Source: an uncultured Candidatus Binatia bacterium
GTDB lineage: Bacteria > Desulfobacterota > Binatia > UBA9968 > JAJDTQ01
Direction of reading: 5' to 3'
Length of the DNA stretch: 64,000 nucleotides
Assembly (NCBI GenBank): GCA_965215605.1
Contig: OZ244070.1
Coordinates: forward strand, 544,001 to 608,000
Below the pieces are notes generated by a model. It did not search any database, was not told where the DNA came from, and saw nothing but the letters and a program-made list of their open reading frames with translations. Below are positions 19,402 to 28,954 of the stretch, piece after piece (the first letter of the stretch is position 1; every line of letters starts with the position of its first letter). The translations under genes and the position numbers were made by a program.

Positions 19402-20529
19402 ATGAAGGAATCCCCGGACAGGCCGCTGGCCGACGAAGACGTGGAAAAGCGCCTGTTTCCCGCACTTGGCCTCCCCGGCGGCGGCCAGCTCGAGGTGCGC
19501 ATGGAGGCGCCCTTGCTGCATCCGGACCCGGACGTGCGGGAAGTGGCACAGCGGTACAAGCCCTTCAACCTGGACAGTTGGCACACCGAATGGACCCGCA
19601 TGGCCGAGAAGAACGAGGCGCTGGCGGCGGGGTTCGAGGACGAGGGGCGCCGCGTCACCGCCCATGACTTCTATCGGCGGGCTGCGGAGTTCTACCGGCG
19701 GGCGCTGGTGTACATGCCGGACAGCGACCCACGCATGATGGAGAGCCACCGCAAGCTCAAGGAGACCTTCGACAAGGCCTGGAGCCTGGTCACGCCGCCC
19801 TTCGAGCGGTTGGAGATCCCCTACGAGGGCCACATGCTGGACGCGTTGTTCTACCCGGCCAGGGGCAAGGCGGGGACCCGGTTCCCCACCGTGTACAACT
19901 ACGGCGGCGCCGACGGCATCCTGCTGCGCGGGTTGGACGGCGACGCCGGGCAGTACGTGCGCCGGGGCATGTCCTTCATCGACGTGGACGGGCCGGGACA
20001 CGGAGCCGCCCTGCGGGAGGAGAAGCTCTACGCGCCGCCGGATTCGGAGCGGGTGGCCAAGGCCGTCATCGACTACCTGGTGACGCGCCCGGACGTGGAC
20101 CCGGACCGCATCGGCCTCCACGGCTCCAGCATGGGCGGGTATTCCGGACCCCGGTGCGCCACCGAGGAGAAGCGCATCAAGGCGGTGGCCGTGTGGAGCG
20201 GCGCCTACCACCTGGTGGACGACATCTTCGACTACTACCCGCCGATCCAGGACAGGCTGCGCTGGCTGATGGGCGCCAGGGACCTCAAGGAAGCCCGGGA
20301 ACGGATCCAGGAGTTCACCCTCGTGGGCCGGGCGCACAAGATCGAGTGCCCGCTGCTGGTGGGCTACAATCACGACGACCGGGTGATGGACCCGAGGGGC
20401 GCCATCCGCCTTTACGAAAACGCCGTGAATACCCCACGGGAACTGCTGGACGGCGTGGGGCACCACGAGAAGCGTTTCGACCGGCGAAGCTTCATCGTGG
20501 ACTGGTTCGCGAAGCAACTGATGGCCTGA
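19402..20529 (+). CDS. Alpha/beta hydrolase, DUF1100/FrsA/2,6-dihydroxypseudooxynicotine-hydrolase-like
   Basis: ERLEIPYEG, GGADG, DGPGHG, DYLVTRPDVDPDRIG, nucleophile GSSMGG, KIECPLL..DDRV, GHH. Confidence 0.85.
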   Translation: MKESPDRPLADEDVEKRLFPALGLPGGGQLEVRMEAPLLHPDPDVREVAQRYKPFNLDSWHTEWTRMAEKNEALAAGFEDEGRRVTAHDFYRRAAEFYRRALVYMPDSDPRMMESHRKLKETFDKAWSLVTPPFERLEIPYEGHMLDALFYPARGKAGTRFPTVYNYGGADGILLRGLDGDAGQYVRRGMSFIDVDGPGHGAALREEKLYAPPDSERVAKAVIDYLVTRPDVDPDRIGLHGSSMGGYSGPRCATEEKRIKAVAVWSGAYHLVDDIFDYYPPIQDRLRWLMGARDLKEARERIQEFTLVGRAHKIECPLLVGYNHDDRVMDPRGAIRLYENAVNTPRELLDGVGHHEKRFDRRSFIVDWFAKQLMA

Positions 20530-20539
20530 ACCTCCAAAC

Positions 20540-20689
20540 GGCTCGGGCTACGGCCACGCCGACAACGCCAGCGAGTTGCTGGCGCTCAAGGGGATCCCGG
20601 ACAAGGGCGGGATCGAGCCCGCGGTCATCGACAAGATCCTCGCCCACAACCCGGCCCGCTTCCACGGGCCGACCGAGCGGCGCGCCTGA
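20540..20689 (+). pseudogene. 3' relic of an amidohydrolase-2 gene (paralog of 20713..21744)
   Basis: Start-less 49-codon frame GSGYGHADNASELLALKGIPDKGGIEPAVIDKILAHNPARFHG... matches the C-terminus of the next gene at 30 of 43 residues by hand count. Confidence 0.8.
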
Positions 20690-20712
20690 CGCGCCCGCGA
20701 CTGGAGGAGAAC

Positions 20713-21744
20713 ATGCCGGCCATCGACGCTGACGCCCATGTCATCGAGACGGAACACACCTGGGACTACCTGGAGGGCCGCGACAAGCGGTTCCGCCCGG
20801 TGCCCGTTTCCGTGGACATGCCGGACGGCGCCACCCGGAATTTCTGGGTCATCAACGGCAAGCTCATCGGCGGACGCGACAACATCGGCCTGGACACCCC
20901 CAAGGAGTCTCGGGACATGGCCGACATCGACGCGCGGCTGAAGCACATGGACGAGATCGGCACCGACGTGCAGGTGCTCTACCCCACCCTGTTCCTGCGC
21001 CCGGTCACGGACCGCTCGGACGTGGAGCTAGCCCTGTGCCGTTCCTACAACCGCTGGCTCGCCGACGTCTGGGCCGCCGGCAAGGGGCGGCTGCGCTGGG
21101 CGGCGCAACTGCCGTTGCTCAGCATGGACGAGGCCCTGGAGGAATTGCGATGGGCCACGGAGCACGGCGCCTGCGCCGTGTTCATGCGCGGCCTGGAAAC
21201 CAACCACCCGCTGCACCACCCGTACTTCTTCCCGCTGTACGACGAGGCCCAGCGGCTCGACGTGCCCATCGGCATCCACTCCGGCATCGGCAACGCCGCG
21301 GTTTCGGAAGCCTTCGGCAACGACCCGTTCCGCACCGCCAAGCTGACGGTCATCGGCGCCGTCCACGCCATGATCATGCGCGGCATCCCGCGGCGCTTCC
21401 CGGAACTGCGCATCGGCGCCATCGAGGTGGCCGCCCAATGGGTCCCCCACGTGGTCCGGGACATCACGCTGCGGAACCGGAAAAGCGGAGTGGAGTCCGA
21501 CGGCGATCTGCTCCCCGCGAACCGTCTCTACGTCGCCTGCCAGACGGACGACGACCTGCCCTACGTCCTCGATCACGCCGGCGAGGACATGATCATGATC
21601 GGCTCCGACTACGGACACAATGACAACGCCAGCGAGTTGCTGGCATTGAAGGGCCTGCGGGAGAAGGGCGAGGTGGCGCCCCATGTCATCGACAAGATCC
21701 TGGATCAGAACCCCTCCCGGTTCTACGGGTTGTCGGAGGACTAA
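20713..21744 (+). CDS. Amidohydrolase family 2 protein
   Basis: IDADAHVIE, QVLYPTLFL, YFFPLYDEA, GIHSG, GSDYGHND; GGAGGAG RBS. Confidence 0.9.
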   Translation: MPAIDADAHVIETEHTWDYLEGRDKRFRPVPVSVDMPDGATRNFWVINGKLIGGRDNIGLDTPKESRDMADIDARLKHMDEIGTDVQVLYPTLFLRPVTDRSDVELALCRSYNRWLADVWAAGKGRLRWAAQLPLLSMDEALEELRWATEHGACAVFMRGLETNHPLHHPYFFPLYDEAQRLDVPIGIHSGIGNAAVSEAFGNDPFRTAKLTVIGAVHAMIMRGIPRRFPELRIGAIEVAAQWVPHVVRDITLRNRKSGVESDGDLLPANRLYVACQTDDDLPYVLDHAGEDMIMIGSDYGHNDNASELLALKGLREKGEVAPHVIDKILDQNPSRFYGLSED

Positions 21745-21806
21745 CGGGGATCCGGCGATGGCGTCCATCGCCAGTGGCGACAAACCGGCTCGAAAGGAGA
21801 TCCGCC

Positions 21807-22928
21807 GTGAGTGATGCTTTCGACCTTCTTCTGGTCAACGGAACCGTGATCAATCCCGCGGCGGGGCCGCGGCAGGAGCTGGACGTGGGCATTGCCGGAG
21901 GCCGTATCGCGGCCATGGGGAAGGACCTGCCGCAGGACGGTGCCAAGCAGGTGCTCGACGTCGGCGGCTGCTTCGTGACCCCGGGCCTCATCGATTTCCA
22001 CGTCCACAGCTACTGGGGCGTCAACCCTTACGGCACCGACCTCGACGCCGTGTGCGGCGCCAGCGGCGTCACCACGGCCGCGGACGCGGGCTCCGCCGGC
22101 CCGGTGAACTTCCCCGGGTTTCGGCACTTGGTGTACGAAAGATCCCGCACCCGCATGCTGTCCTTCGTGGCGGTTGCCCAGCACGGCGTCCTCAACGTCC
22201 CTGGAGAGCTCGAGAACATCGGCTTCGCCGACCCCGATGGCGCCGCCCGCACGGTGCGGGAAAATCCCGATGTCGCGGTGGGCATCAAGATCCGGCTGCA
22301 CGTCAAGTCGGTGGGGGAGAACGGCCGGCAGGCCCTTGGGATGGCGGTGGGGGCCGGCGATGCCAGCGATTCGCCGGTGATGGTGCACGTGGGCGACACC
22401 GGCATTCCCATGGAGGAGATCGTCGAGACCCTGCGCGCGGGGGACATCGTCACCCATTGCTACACGCCGAAGCAGCCGGCCATCGTGGACCCCTCCGGCC
22501 GTCTTCGCCCGGCCGTCCTGAAGGCGCAGCGGCGCGGGGTGGTCTTCGACGTGGCCCACGCCAACGGGCATTTCGACTTCGATCTGGTGGCCCGGGCCAT
22601 GGACCAGGGGCTCCGCCCGGACATCATCAGCACCGATCTCCACCGGATGAGCGGCTCCGGCCCCGTGGTGGACCTGCCCACCACCCTGACCAAGTTCCTG
22701 ATGCTGGGACTGGATCTCGACGAGATCATCGCCGACTGCACCGCCAACGCCGCCCGGGCCATCGGCTGGGAAGATCGCCTCGGCGTCCTCGAGGTCGGGC
22801 GCGAGGCCGACGTGGCCGTTTTGGAGGTGATGGACGAGAAGACCATCCTGGCCGACAGCGTCGGCAACCGCCGCACCACCGGACAACGAATCGCCGCCCG
22901 CCATACCATCCGCGCCGGTGTCTTGTAG
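21807..22928 (+). CDS. Amidohydrolase/deacetylase family metallohydrolase (dihydroorotase-like)
   Basis: PGLIDFHVH, GVTTAADAGSAG, VGIKIR, VMVHVG, GDIVTHCY, FDVAHANG, IISTDLH; AAAGGAG RBS before GTG 21807. Confidence 0.85.
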   Translation: MSDAFDLLLVNGTVINPAAGPRQELDVGIAGGRIAAMGKDLPQDGAKQVLDVGGCFVTPGLIDFHVHSYWGVNPYGTDLDAVCGASGVTTAADAGSAGPVNFPGFRHLVYERSRTRMLSFVAVAQHGVLNVPGELENIGFADPDGAARTVRENPDVAVGIKIRLHVKSVGENGRQALGMAVGAGDASDSPVMVHVGDTGIPMEEIVETLRAGDIVTHCYTPKQPAIVDPSGRLRPAVLKAQRRGVVFDVAHANGHFDFDLVARAMDQGLRPDIISTDLHRMSGSGPVVDLPTTLTKFLMLGLDLDEIIADCTANAARAIGWEDRLGVLEVGREADVAVLEVMDEKTILADSVGNRRTTGQRIAARHTIRAGVL

Positions 22929-22982
22929 GACTCGTTTGCGACCTCCCGTTCTTCTGGATATTGGCCAAGGGCGCGAGCACTG

Positions 22983-23043
22983 CTAGTGTCCTGTCTGGTT
23001 AGTTGGCATCCTAGTAAATTGGCATCATAAGATGCGCAGGATT
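22983..23043 (+). mobile_element. Putative MITE/IS-end remnant (copy A)
   Basis: CTAGTGTCCTGTC...GATGCGCAGGATT; both blocks shared with the minus-strand copy at 63572-63616. Confidence 0.45.
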
Positions 23044-23067
23044 GGCGGTAGCGTTGGAAAGTGAACC

Positions 23068-25470
23068 ATGAGCGAGTGGATCTTCCGCTATAACGGTTTC
23101 GACCCGGCCAAACAGGGCCTGCGCGAGGCGTTATGCACCCTCGGCAACGGCTACTTCGCCACCCGCGGCGCAGCGGAAGGGGGCGAGGCCGGCGACGTGC
23201 ACTATCCCGGCACCTATCTCGCCGGATGCTACAACCGGCTGGAGACCACGGTCGGCGACCGCGTGGTGGTCAACGAGGACCTGGTCAACCTGCCCAACTG
23301 GCTCCGGCTCCGGTTCCGCCTGGAGGACGAGCCGTGGTTCGAGCTTTCGGCGGTCGAGGTCCTGGCCTACCAACAGGAGCTGGACCTCAAGAACGGCTTG
23401 CTGACGCGAAGGCTGCGGTTCCGCGATCCCCAAGGGCGCACCAGCTTCATTCGCAGCCGGCGGCTTGTGCACATGCGGCATCCGCACCTGGGGGTCCTGC
23501 GCTGGACCCTGCTGGCGGAAGACTGGTCCGGACACGTCACCATCCGATCCTCCCTGGACGGCTCGGTCATCAACGCCGGAGTCCCGCGCTACCGCCAGCT
23601 CAACTCCAAGCACCTGGAGACCCTGGAGAAGGGGCGCGCGGGAGAAGACGGCGTGTACCTGGCGGTCCAGACCAACCAGTCGCACATACGGCTGGCGCTG
23701 GCGGCGCGCACCCGGCTCTTCCGCCAGGACGAGTACGAGGAAGTCGCCTCCCGCACCATCGAGGAACCGGAGGCCATCGCGCAGCAGTTCGTCATCACGG
23801 TGAGGAAGAGGCAGGTGATCACGCTGGAGAAGACGGTGGCCCTGTACGCGTCCCGGGACCGGGCCATCTCGGAATGCGGCCATGCCGCCCGGTCCGCGGC
23901 AGCGGCGGCGGGCCGGTTCGTGGAGTTGCTGGAATCCCATGCAAGCGCGTGGCATTCGTTGTGGCGCCGGTGTGACGTGGAGCTGCCCTCGCGGCCCGAG
24001 GAGGAGCGGATCCTGCGCCTGCACGCCTTCCACCTGCTGCAGACCGCGTCGCCGAACTCGGTGGATCTCGACGTTGCGGTAGGCGCACGGGGACTCCACG
24101 GCGAGGCCTATCGCGGGCACATCTTCTGGGACGAGTTGTACTTCCTGTTCTTCTACACGGTGCGGATCCCGGAGATCGCCCGGTCGCTGCTGCTGTACCG
24201 CTACCGCCGGTTGGATGCCGCGCGCAGGGCCGCCCGTAAAGAGGGATATGCCGGCGCCATGTACCCTTGGCAGAGCGGCAGCGACGGCACCGAGGAAACC
24301 CAGAAGCTGCACCTGAACCCCAACTCCGGACGCTGGCTGGAGGACAACAGCCACCGCCAGCGGCACGTCAACATCGCCATCGCCTACAACGTGTGGCGCT
24401 ACTACAAGACCACCGGAGACCAGGATTTCCTGTCCCGCTACGGCGCCGAGATGATCCTGGAGATCGCGCGCTTCTGGGCCAGCATGGCGGAGAAGAACGA
24501 AGGCACGGGGCGTTACGAAATCCACGGCGTCATGGGCCCCGACGAGTACCACGACATGTACCCCGACGCCGACACCGGCGGCCTGCGCAACAACGCCTAC
24601 ACCAACGTGATGGTGGTGTGGCTGCTGGAACGGGCCTTCGAGGTCCTGGACCTGCTGGGCGAGAAGCGGAGCGCCGAGCTCGCCGAGGAGATCGGCCTCG
24701 CGCCGGAAGACGGGCATCGGTGGCGCGACATCACCCGCAGGATGACCGTGCCGTTCCATGGCGAAGGCGTCATCAGCCAGTTCGAGGGGTACGAGGCGCT
24801 GGAGGAGTTCGACTGGGACGGGTACCGGGAGAAGTACGGCAACGTCGAGCGGCTGGACCGCATCCTCGAGGCGGAAGGCGACACCCCCAACCGCTACAAG
24901 GCATCGAAGCAGGCGGACACGGTCATGCTGTTCTACCTGCTGCGAACCGACGAGCTGCGACGAATATTCGGCCGACTCGGCTACGCCTTCGACGACGAGA
25001 CGGTGCTCAAGACCGTGGACTACTACAGCGCCCGCACCTCCCACGGCTCGACCCTGAGCCGGGTGGTGCACGCCGCGGTGTCGGCGCGCTCGGATCCGAG
25101 CGCCTCGTGGCGCTATTTCACGGAGGCGCTGCAGAGCGACGTCGCCGACATCCAGGGCGGCACCACGCCCGAGGGCGTCCACATCGGGGCCATGGGCGGC
25201 CTCGACGACGTCCTGCTGAGCCGCTACGCCGGCATCGACACCATGGGCGACACCCTGAGCCTCGACCCCTGCCTCCCGGACGAGTTGCCCGAACTGCGGC
25301 TTTCGATCCTCTATCGCGGGCGGCGGGTCGGACTGGACCTGACGCGCGAACGCGCGCGCATCTCACTGGACGGGGATGCGGCGGCGGACCTGGAAGCGGC
25401 AGTGCAGGGCACGCGGCACGAGCTTGCCGCAGGCGATACGGAAATCCGCCTGAATCAGCGACGATCGTAG
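23068..25470 (+). CDS. Glycoside hydrolase family 65 (trehalose/trehalose-6-phosphate phosphorylase-like)
   Basis: REALCTLGNGY, ARGLHGEAYRGHIFWDE, GAMYPWQS, catalytic GPDEYH, NNAYTN, KQAD, HGSTLS. Confidence 0.92.
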   Translation: MSEWIFRYNGFDPAKQGLREALCTLGNGYFATRGAAEGGEAGDVHYPGTYLAGCYNRLETTVGDRVVVNEDLVNLPNWLRLRFRLEDEPWFELSAVEVLAYQQELDLKNGLLTRRLRFRDPQGRTSFIRSRRLVHMRHPHLGVLRWTLLAEDWSGHVTIRSSLDGSVINAGVPRYRQLNSKHLETLEKGRAGEDGVYLAVQTNQSHIRLALAARTRLFRQDEYEEVASRTIEEPEAIAQQFVITVRKRQVITLEKTVALYASRDRAISECGHAARSAAAAAGRFVELLESHASAWHSLWRRCDVELPSRPEEERILRLHAFHLLQTASPNSVDLDVAVGARGLHGEAYRGHIFWDELYFLFFYTVRIPEIARSLLLYRYRRLDAARRAARKEGYAGAMYPWQSGSDGTEETQKLHLNPNSGRWLEDNSHRQRHVNIAIAYNVWRYYKTTGDQDFLSRYGAEMILEIARFWASMAEKNEGTGRYEIHGVMGPDEYHDMYPDADTGGLRNNAYTNVMVVWLLERAFEVLDLLGEKRSAELAEEIGLAPEDGHRWRDITRRMTVPFHGEGVISQFEGYEALEEFDWDGYREKYGNVERLDRILEAEGDTPNRYKASKQADTVMLFYLLRTDELRRIFGRLGYAFDDETVLKTVDYYSARTSHGSTLSRVVHAAVSARSDPSASWRYFTEALQSDVADIQGGTTPEGVHIGAMGGLDDVLLSRYAGIDTMGDTLSLDPCLPDELPELRLSILYRGRRVGLDLTRERARISLDGDAAADLEAAVQGTRHELAAGDTEIRLNQRRS

Positions 25471-25514
25471 CCTGCCTCACCCGGCGACGACTTGCAGGAG
25501 ATGCGCCAGACGTC

Positions 25515-27158
25515 TCACGCCTGGTACTTGACGTCGCCGCCCACCACCGTCATCTCCACCTTCAGGTCCTTGATCCGTTCCGCCTCCACCTCGAAGGGGT
25601 CCTCCGCCAAAACCGCCATGTCCGCGAGCTTGCCCACCTCCAGCGTGCCCTTGCGGTCTTCCTCGAAGCCGGCGAAGGCGGCGTGGGTCGTGTGCAGATC
25701 GAAGGCCTGCTGCACGCTCAGGGCCTCCTCGGGCGCCAGGGTCTCGCCCCACAGCATGCGGCGGGAGACGTAGGCGCCAATGTCGCGCAGGGGATCCACC
25801 GGCCAGTAACCCGGCGCGTCCGAGCCGCCGGCCATCTTCACGCCCGCGTCCAGCAGCGTCTTCAGCGGGAAAGCCTTCACCATGCGCTTGGCGCCGATGG
25901 CCTCGCGGATGGAGTCTCCCACGAAGTACCCGAGGGAGATGTTGGGGATGGCCACGATACCCATGCGCACCAGCTTCTCGATGCGCCGGGGCGACATCAG
26001 CCAGTTGCCCATGTGCTCGATGCGGTGACGGTGATCGTCCCGTGGAACCGCGGCCAGCGCCTTCTCGTACGCCTCCAGCGACATGTCGAAGGCGCGGTCC
26101 CCGATGGCGTGGACGCAGCAACGCATGCCCGCCCGGTGGCAGCGGAGCACGGTCTCGTCCAGCTCGTCCTGCTGGATGCGGATGAGCCCGCGGTATTCCG
26201 GGACGTCGAGATAGGGATCGTAGAAGAGCGCGTTCCGGCCGGTGATGCCGCCGTCGATGCTCATCTTCACGCCGCCCACCCGCAGCCACTCGTCGCCGAA
26301 GCCCACCTGCAGGCCGGTCTCCAGCACGCTGTCGGTGCTCATCTGGGACTCGATGATGCGTAGCAACAGGCTCGATCGCAGGTGCAGGCCGCCCTCGGCC
26401 TTGAGCTCCTGGTATGCGCGCACCGCGGCCGGGTCCTTGACGATGTCGTGAATCGTGGTGACGCCGCGTTCGAGACTCTGCTGGACCGCGTAGGCGATGC
26501 CCAGCTTGCGCTGGGTGGCGTCGAAGTCCGGGATCACGCCCGACACGATGTGCTGAGCCCGTTCGTTGAGGATGCCGGTGGGCTCGCCGGTGGCGGAGTC
26601 CCGGTCGATGGAGCCTCCGGCCGGGTCCGGAGTGTCCCGGTTGATCCCCGCCAGCGCCAGACCCTCGCTGTTCGCCACCGTCACGTGAGCGCCGAAGGAG
26701 ATCGAGACCGGGTGCCTGGGCGCCGCGGCGTCGAGATCCTTGCGGTCGGGGAAGCGTTTATCCTTCATGCGGAAGTCCTGCATCGGGCTCCCCTGCGCCA
26801 CCACCCACTCGCCCGCCGGAGTCGCCGCCGCCTTTCTGGAAAGGCGCGTCAGGACCGCATCGATGTTGGATACCGGCCCGTAGAAATCCCGGCAATCCAC
26901 CAGCTCCCGCTCCGCCAGACCCTTGTCCGCCAGGTGGACGTGGGCATCGGTCAGTCCCGGGATCACCGTGCGGCCCTTGAGGTTCACGTCGCGGGTATCG
27001 GCGCCGCACAGGCGCAGCACCTCGTCCGAAGCGCCGGCCGCTACGACTCGCCCGCCGGAGCAGGCGACGGCCTGCACCATGGGCGTCCCCGACGCGAACG
27101 TGCGGACCTTTCCGTTGAAGAACACGGTGTCGGGATAGGGCAAATGACTTCCAGCCAT
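25515..27158 (-). CDS. Amidohydrolase family 3 (YtcJ-like)
   Basis: PGLTDAHVH, PDPAGG.IDRD..TGEPTG, KMSIDGG, HAIGDRA, RHRIEH, GGSDAP, KGTLEVGKLADM; start MAGSH at 27158. Confidence 0.9.
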   Translation of the reverse strand: MAGSHLPYPDTVFFNGKVRTFASGTPMVQAVACSGGRVVAAGASDEVLRLCGADTRDVNLKGRTVIPGLTDAHVHLADKGLAERELVDCRDFYGPVSNIDAVLTRLSRKAAATPAGEWVVAQGSPMQDFRMKDKRFPDRKDLDAAAPRHPVSISFGAHVTVANSEGLALAGINRDTPDPAGGSIDRDSATGEPTGILNERAQHIVSGVIPDFDATQRKLGIAYAVQQSLERGVTTIHDIVKDPAAVRAYQELKAEGGLHLRSSLLLRIIESQMSTDSVLETGLQVGFGDEWLRVGGVKMSIDGGITGRNALFYDPYLDVPEYRGLIRIQQDELDETVLRCHRAGMRCCVHAIGDRAFDMSLEAYEKALAAVPRDDHRHRIEHMGNWLMSPRRIEKLVRMGIVAIPNISLGYFVGDSIREAIGAKRMVKAFPLKTLLDAGVKMAGGSDAPGYWPVDPLRDIGAYVSRRMLWGETLAPEEALSVQQAFDLHTTHAAFAGFEEDRKGTLEVGKLADMAVLAEDPFEVEAERIKDLKVEMTVVGGDVKYQA

Positions 27159-27244
27159 CGGAACCTCCGTTGATGAAGACCTGCGTCGCGATTGCGCCCC
27201 ATGAATATCGGCCACGCGCGACAAGGTCAATCCACGAATCAAGG

Positions 27245-27277
27245 TTGACTTCCGGCACGACAATTACCTATGTATCG
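27245..27277 (+). promoter_or_regulatory. Putative promoter of SBP gene 1 (duplicated at 28881)
   Basis: TTGACT-N18-TATGTATCG, 25/33 identical to 28881-28913. Confidence 0.5.
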
Positions 27278-27324
27278 CGGGTACGACTCATAACCGGGTG
27301 CGTTTCCAAAAGGAGGACTACGCG

Positions 27325-28863
27325 ATGAAACTCGAAACAGGTGTTCGCAGGATCTCGTGGAAGCCGGTGTGGACGCTGGCGGCGGCGCTGGCGCTCGTGG
27401 TGGGGATGCTCGCATCCGGTTCCGCATGGGCCGCTTCCAGGGACAGGGTAGTGGTCTATCACGCCGGCAGCATCGATTCCCTCCACCCCTACAACCACAG
27501 TCTGGGCCCGGCCTACTCCATCTGGGAGCACATCATGGAGCCGCTGGTGCAGTTGGACGAGGAGCGTGTCGAATACGTGCCCAAGCTGGCCGAGTCCTGG
27601 GAGTTGAAGGGCAAGGAGTGGGTGTTCAAGCTGCGCAAGGGCATCAAGTTCCACGACGGCACGCCGCTGACGGCGCACGACGTCGAGTTTTCGTTCAACC
27701 GCATCAAGACGGACAAGAAGAGCCTGCAGCGGCGACAACTGAAGGAACTGGTGGAAATGCGGGTCGTGGACGACCACACCATCGTCCTGGTGACCGACAA
27801 GCCCAACGTCGTGTTTCTCGACAAGCTCAAGACCCGCTTCGTCATGAGCAAGGCGGCCGCGGCGAAGTACGGCAAGGAGGTGGACAAGCACCCCATCGGC
27901 ACCGGACCCTACAAGTTCAAGAGCTTCAAGCGCGACGGCGACCTGGTGCTCGAGCGCAACGACGCCTACTGGGGCTCTCCGAAGCCGCAGATCAAGACCG
28001 TCGTGTGGCGGAAGGTCACCGAGGAGGCCGCCCGGGTAGCGGCCCTGGAGGCCGGACAGGCCGACGTGATCAACGCGGTGCCGGCCCACGACGTGGAGCG
28101 CCTGAGGAAGAACCCGAGGATCAACATCAAGACGGTGCCCGGGGGACGCATCTACTTCCTGGCCCTCAACCCGGGCTTCAAGCCCTGGGACAACAAGCTC
28201 GTGCGGCAGGCGGCCAACTACGCGGTGGACGCCTACCCCATCATCGAGAACATCTTCGATGGCCTCGGTTTCGTGGTGGAGGGCGCCGCCGGGAAGCAAC
28301 ACATCGGTTTCGACCCCAACGCCAAGCGCTATCTCTACGACCCCAAGAAATCCCGTGACCTTCTGGCCAAGGCCGGATACCCGGACGGCGTCTCCGTAAA
28401 GATGTACTATTCCGCGGGACGGTATCCCAAGGACAGCGAGGTGGTCCAGGCCGTCGCGGCCCAGATGAAAAAGGGCGGTTTCAACATCGAGCTGATCAGC
28501 CAGGAATGGGTGGTGTTCTGGGGCAAGTCCGGGGTCAACGGCGGCAAGCTGCCCTTCTACCACGTCAGCCGGGGCAGCGTCGTCGACGCGCACACGCACC
28601 TCGAGCAGTACTTCAAGACCGGCGCGAGCCGCCGTATCGACTACAGCAATCCCGAGTTCGACAGGATCATGGACCTGGAACAGGCAGAAGCCGATCCCGT
28701 GAAACGCGACAAGCTGTTGCACCAGTTGGGCCGGATCCTGAAGGAGGACTCACCGTGGGTGCCGTTGTGGAATCTGGCGGATATCTACGGTGCCGCCAGC
28801 AACCTCGAGTGGAAGCCTCGTTCCGACGAGAGAATCCGTGCCTGGGAGATGAGGATCAAGTAG
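27325..28863 (+). CDS. ABC transporter substrate-binding protein, family 5 (DppA/OppA/NikA-like)
   Basis: AGGAGG RBS; Sec signal; PKLAESW, FKLRKGIKFHDG.PLTAHDVEFS, PIGTGPYK, VRQAANYAVD. Confidence 0.92.
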   Translation: MKLETGVRRISWKPVWTLAAALALVVGMLASGSAWAASRDRVVVYHAGSIDSLHPYNHSLGPAYSIWEHIMEPLVQLDEERVEYVPKLAESWELKGKEWVFKLRKGIKFHDGTPLTAHDVEFSFNRIKTDKKSLQRRQLKELVEMRVVDDHTIVLVTDKPNVVFLDKLKTRFVMSKAAAAKYGKEVDKHPIGTGPYKFKSFKRDGDLVLERNDAYWGSPKPQIKTVVWRKVTEEAARVAALEAGQADVINAVPAHDVERLRKNPRINIKTVPGGRIYFLALNPGFKPWDNKLVRQAANYAVDAYPIIENIFDGLGFVVEGAAGKQHIGFDPNAKRYLYDPKKSRDLLAKAGYPDGVSVKMYYSAGRYPKDSEVVQAVAAQMKKGGFNIELISQEWVVFWGKSGVNGGKLPFYHVSRGSVVDAHTHLEQYFKTGASRRIDYSNPEFDRIMDLEQAEADPVKRDKLLHQLGRILKEDSPWVPLWNLADIYGAASNLEWKPRSDERIRAWEMRIK

Positions 28864-28880
28864 GACCCCTGTCTCTTGCG

Positions 28881-28913
28881 TTGACTTGGGACATCACAAT
28901 TTCATATGTGTCG
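28881..28913 (+). promoter_or_regulatory. Putative promoter of SBP gene 2
   Basis: TTGACT-N18-TATGTGTCG, homologous to 27245-27277. Confidence 0.5.
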
Positions 28914-28954
28914 GACCGTACGGGGGTCCGGTTTCAAAAAAGGGGGACGGTTCA

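Noticed and set aside
23003-23036. Sigma54 promoter from the TTGGCA repeats
   Set aside because: GG-to-GC spacing is off by one nucleotide; better explained as a duplication within the MITE-like end.
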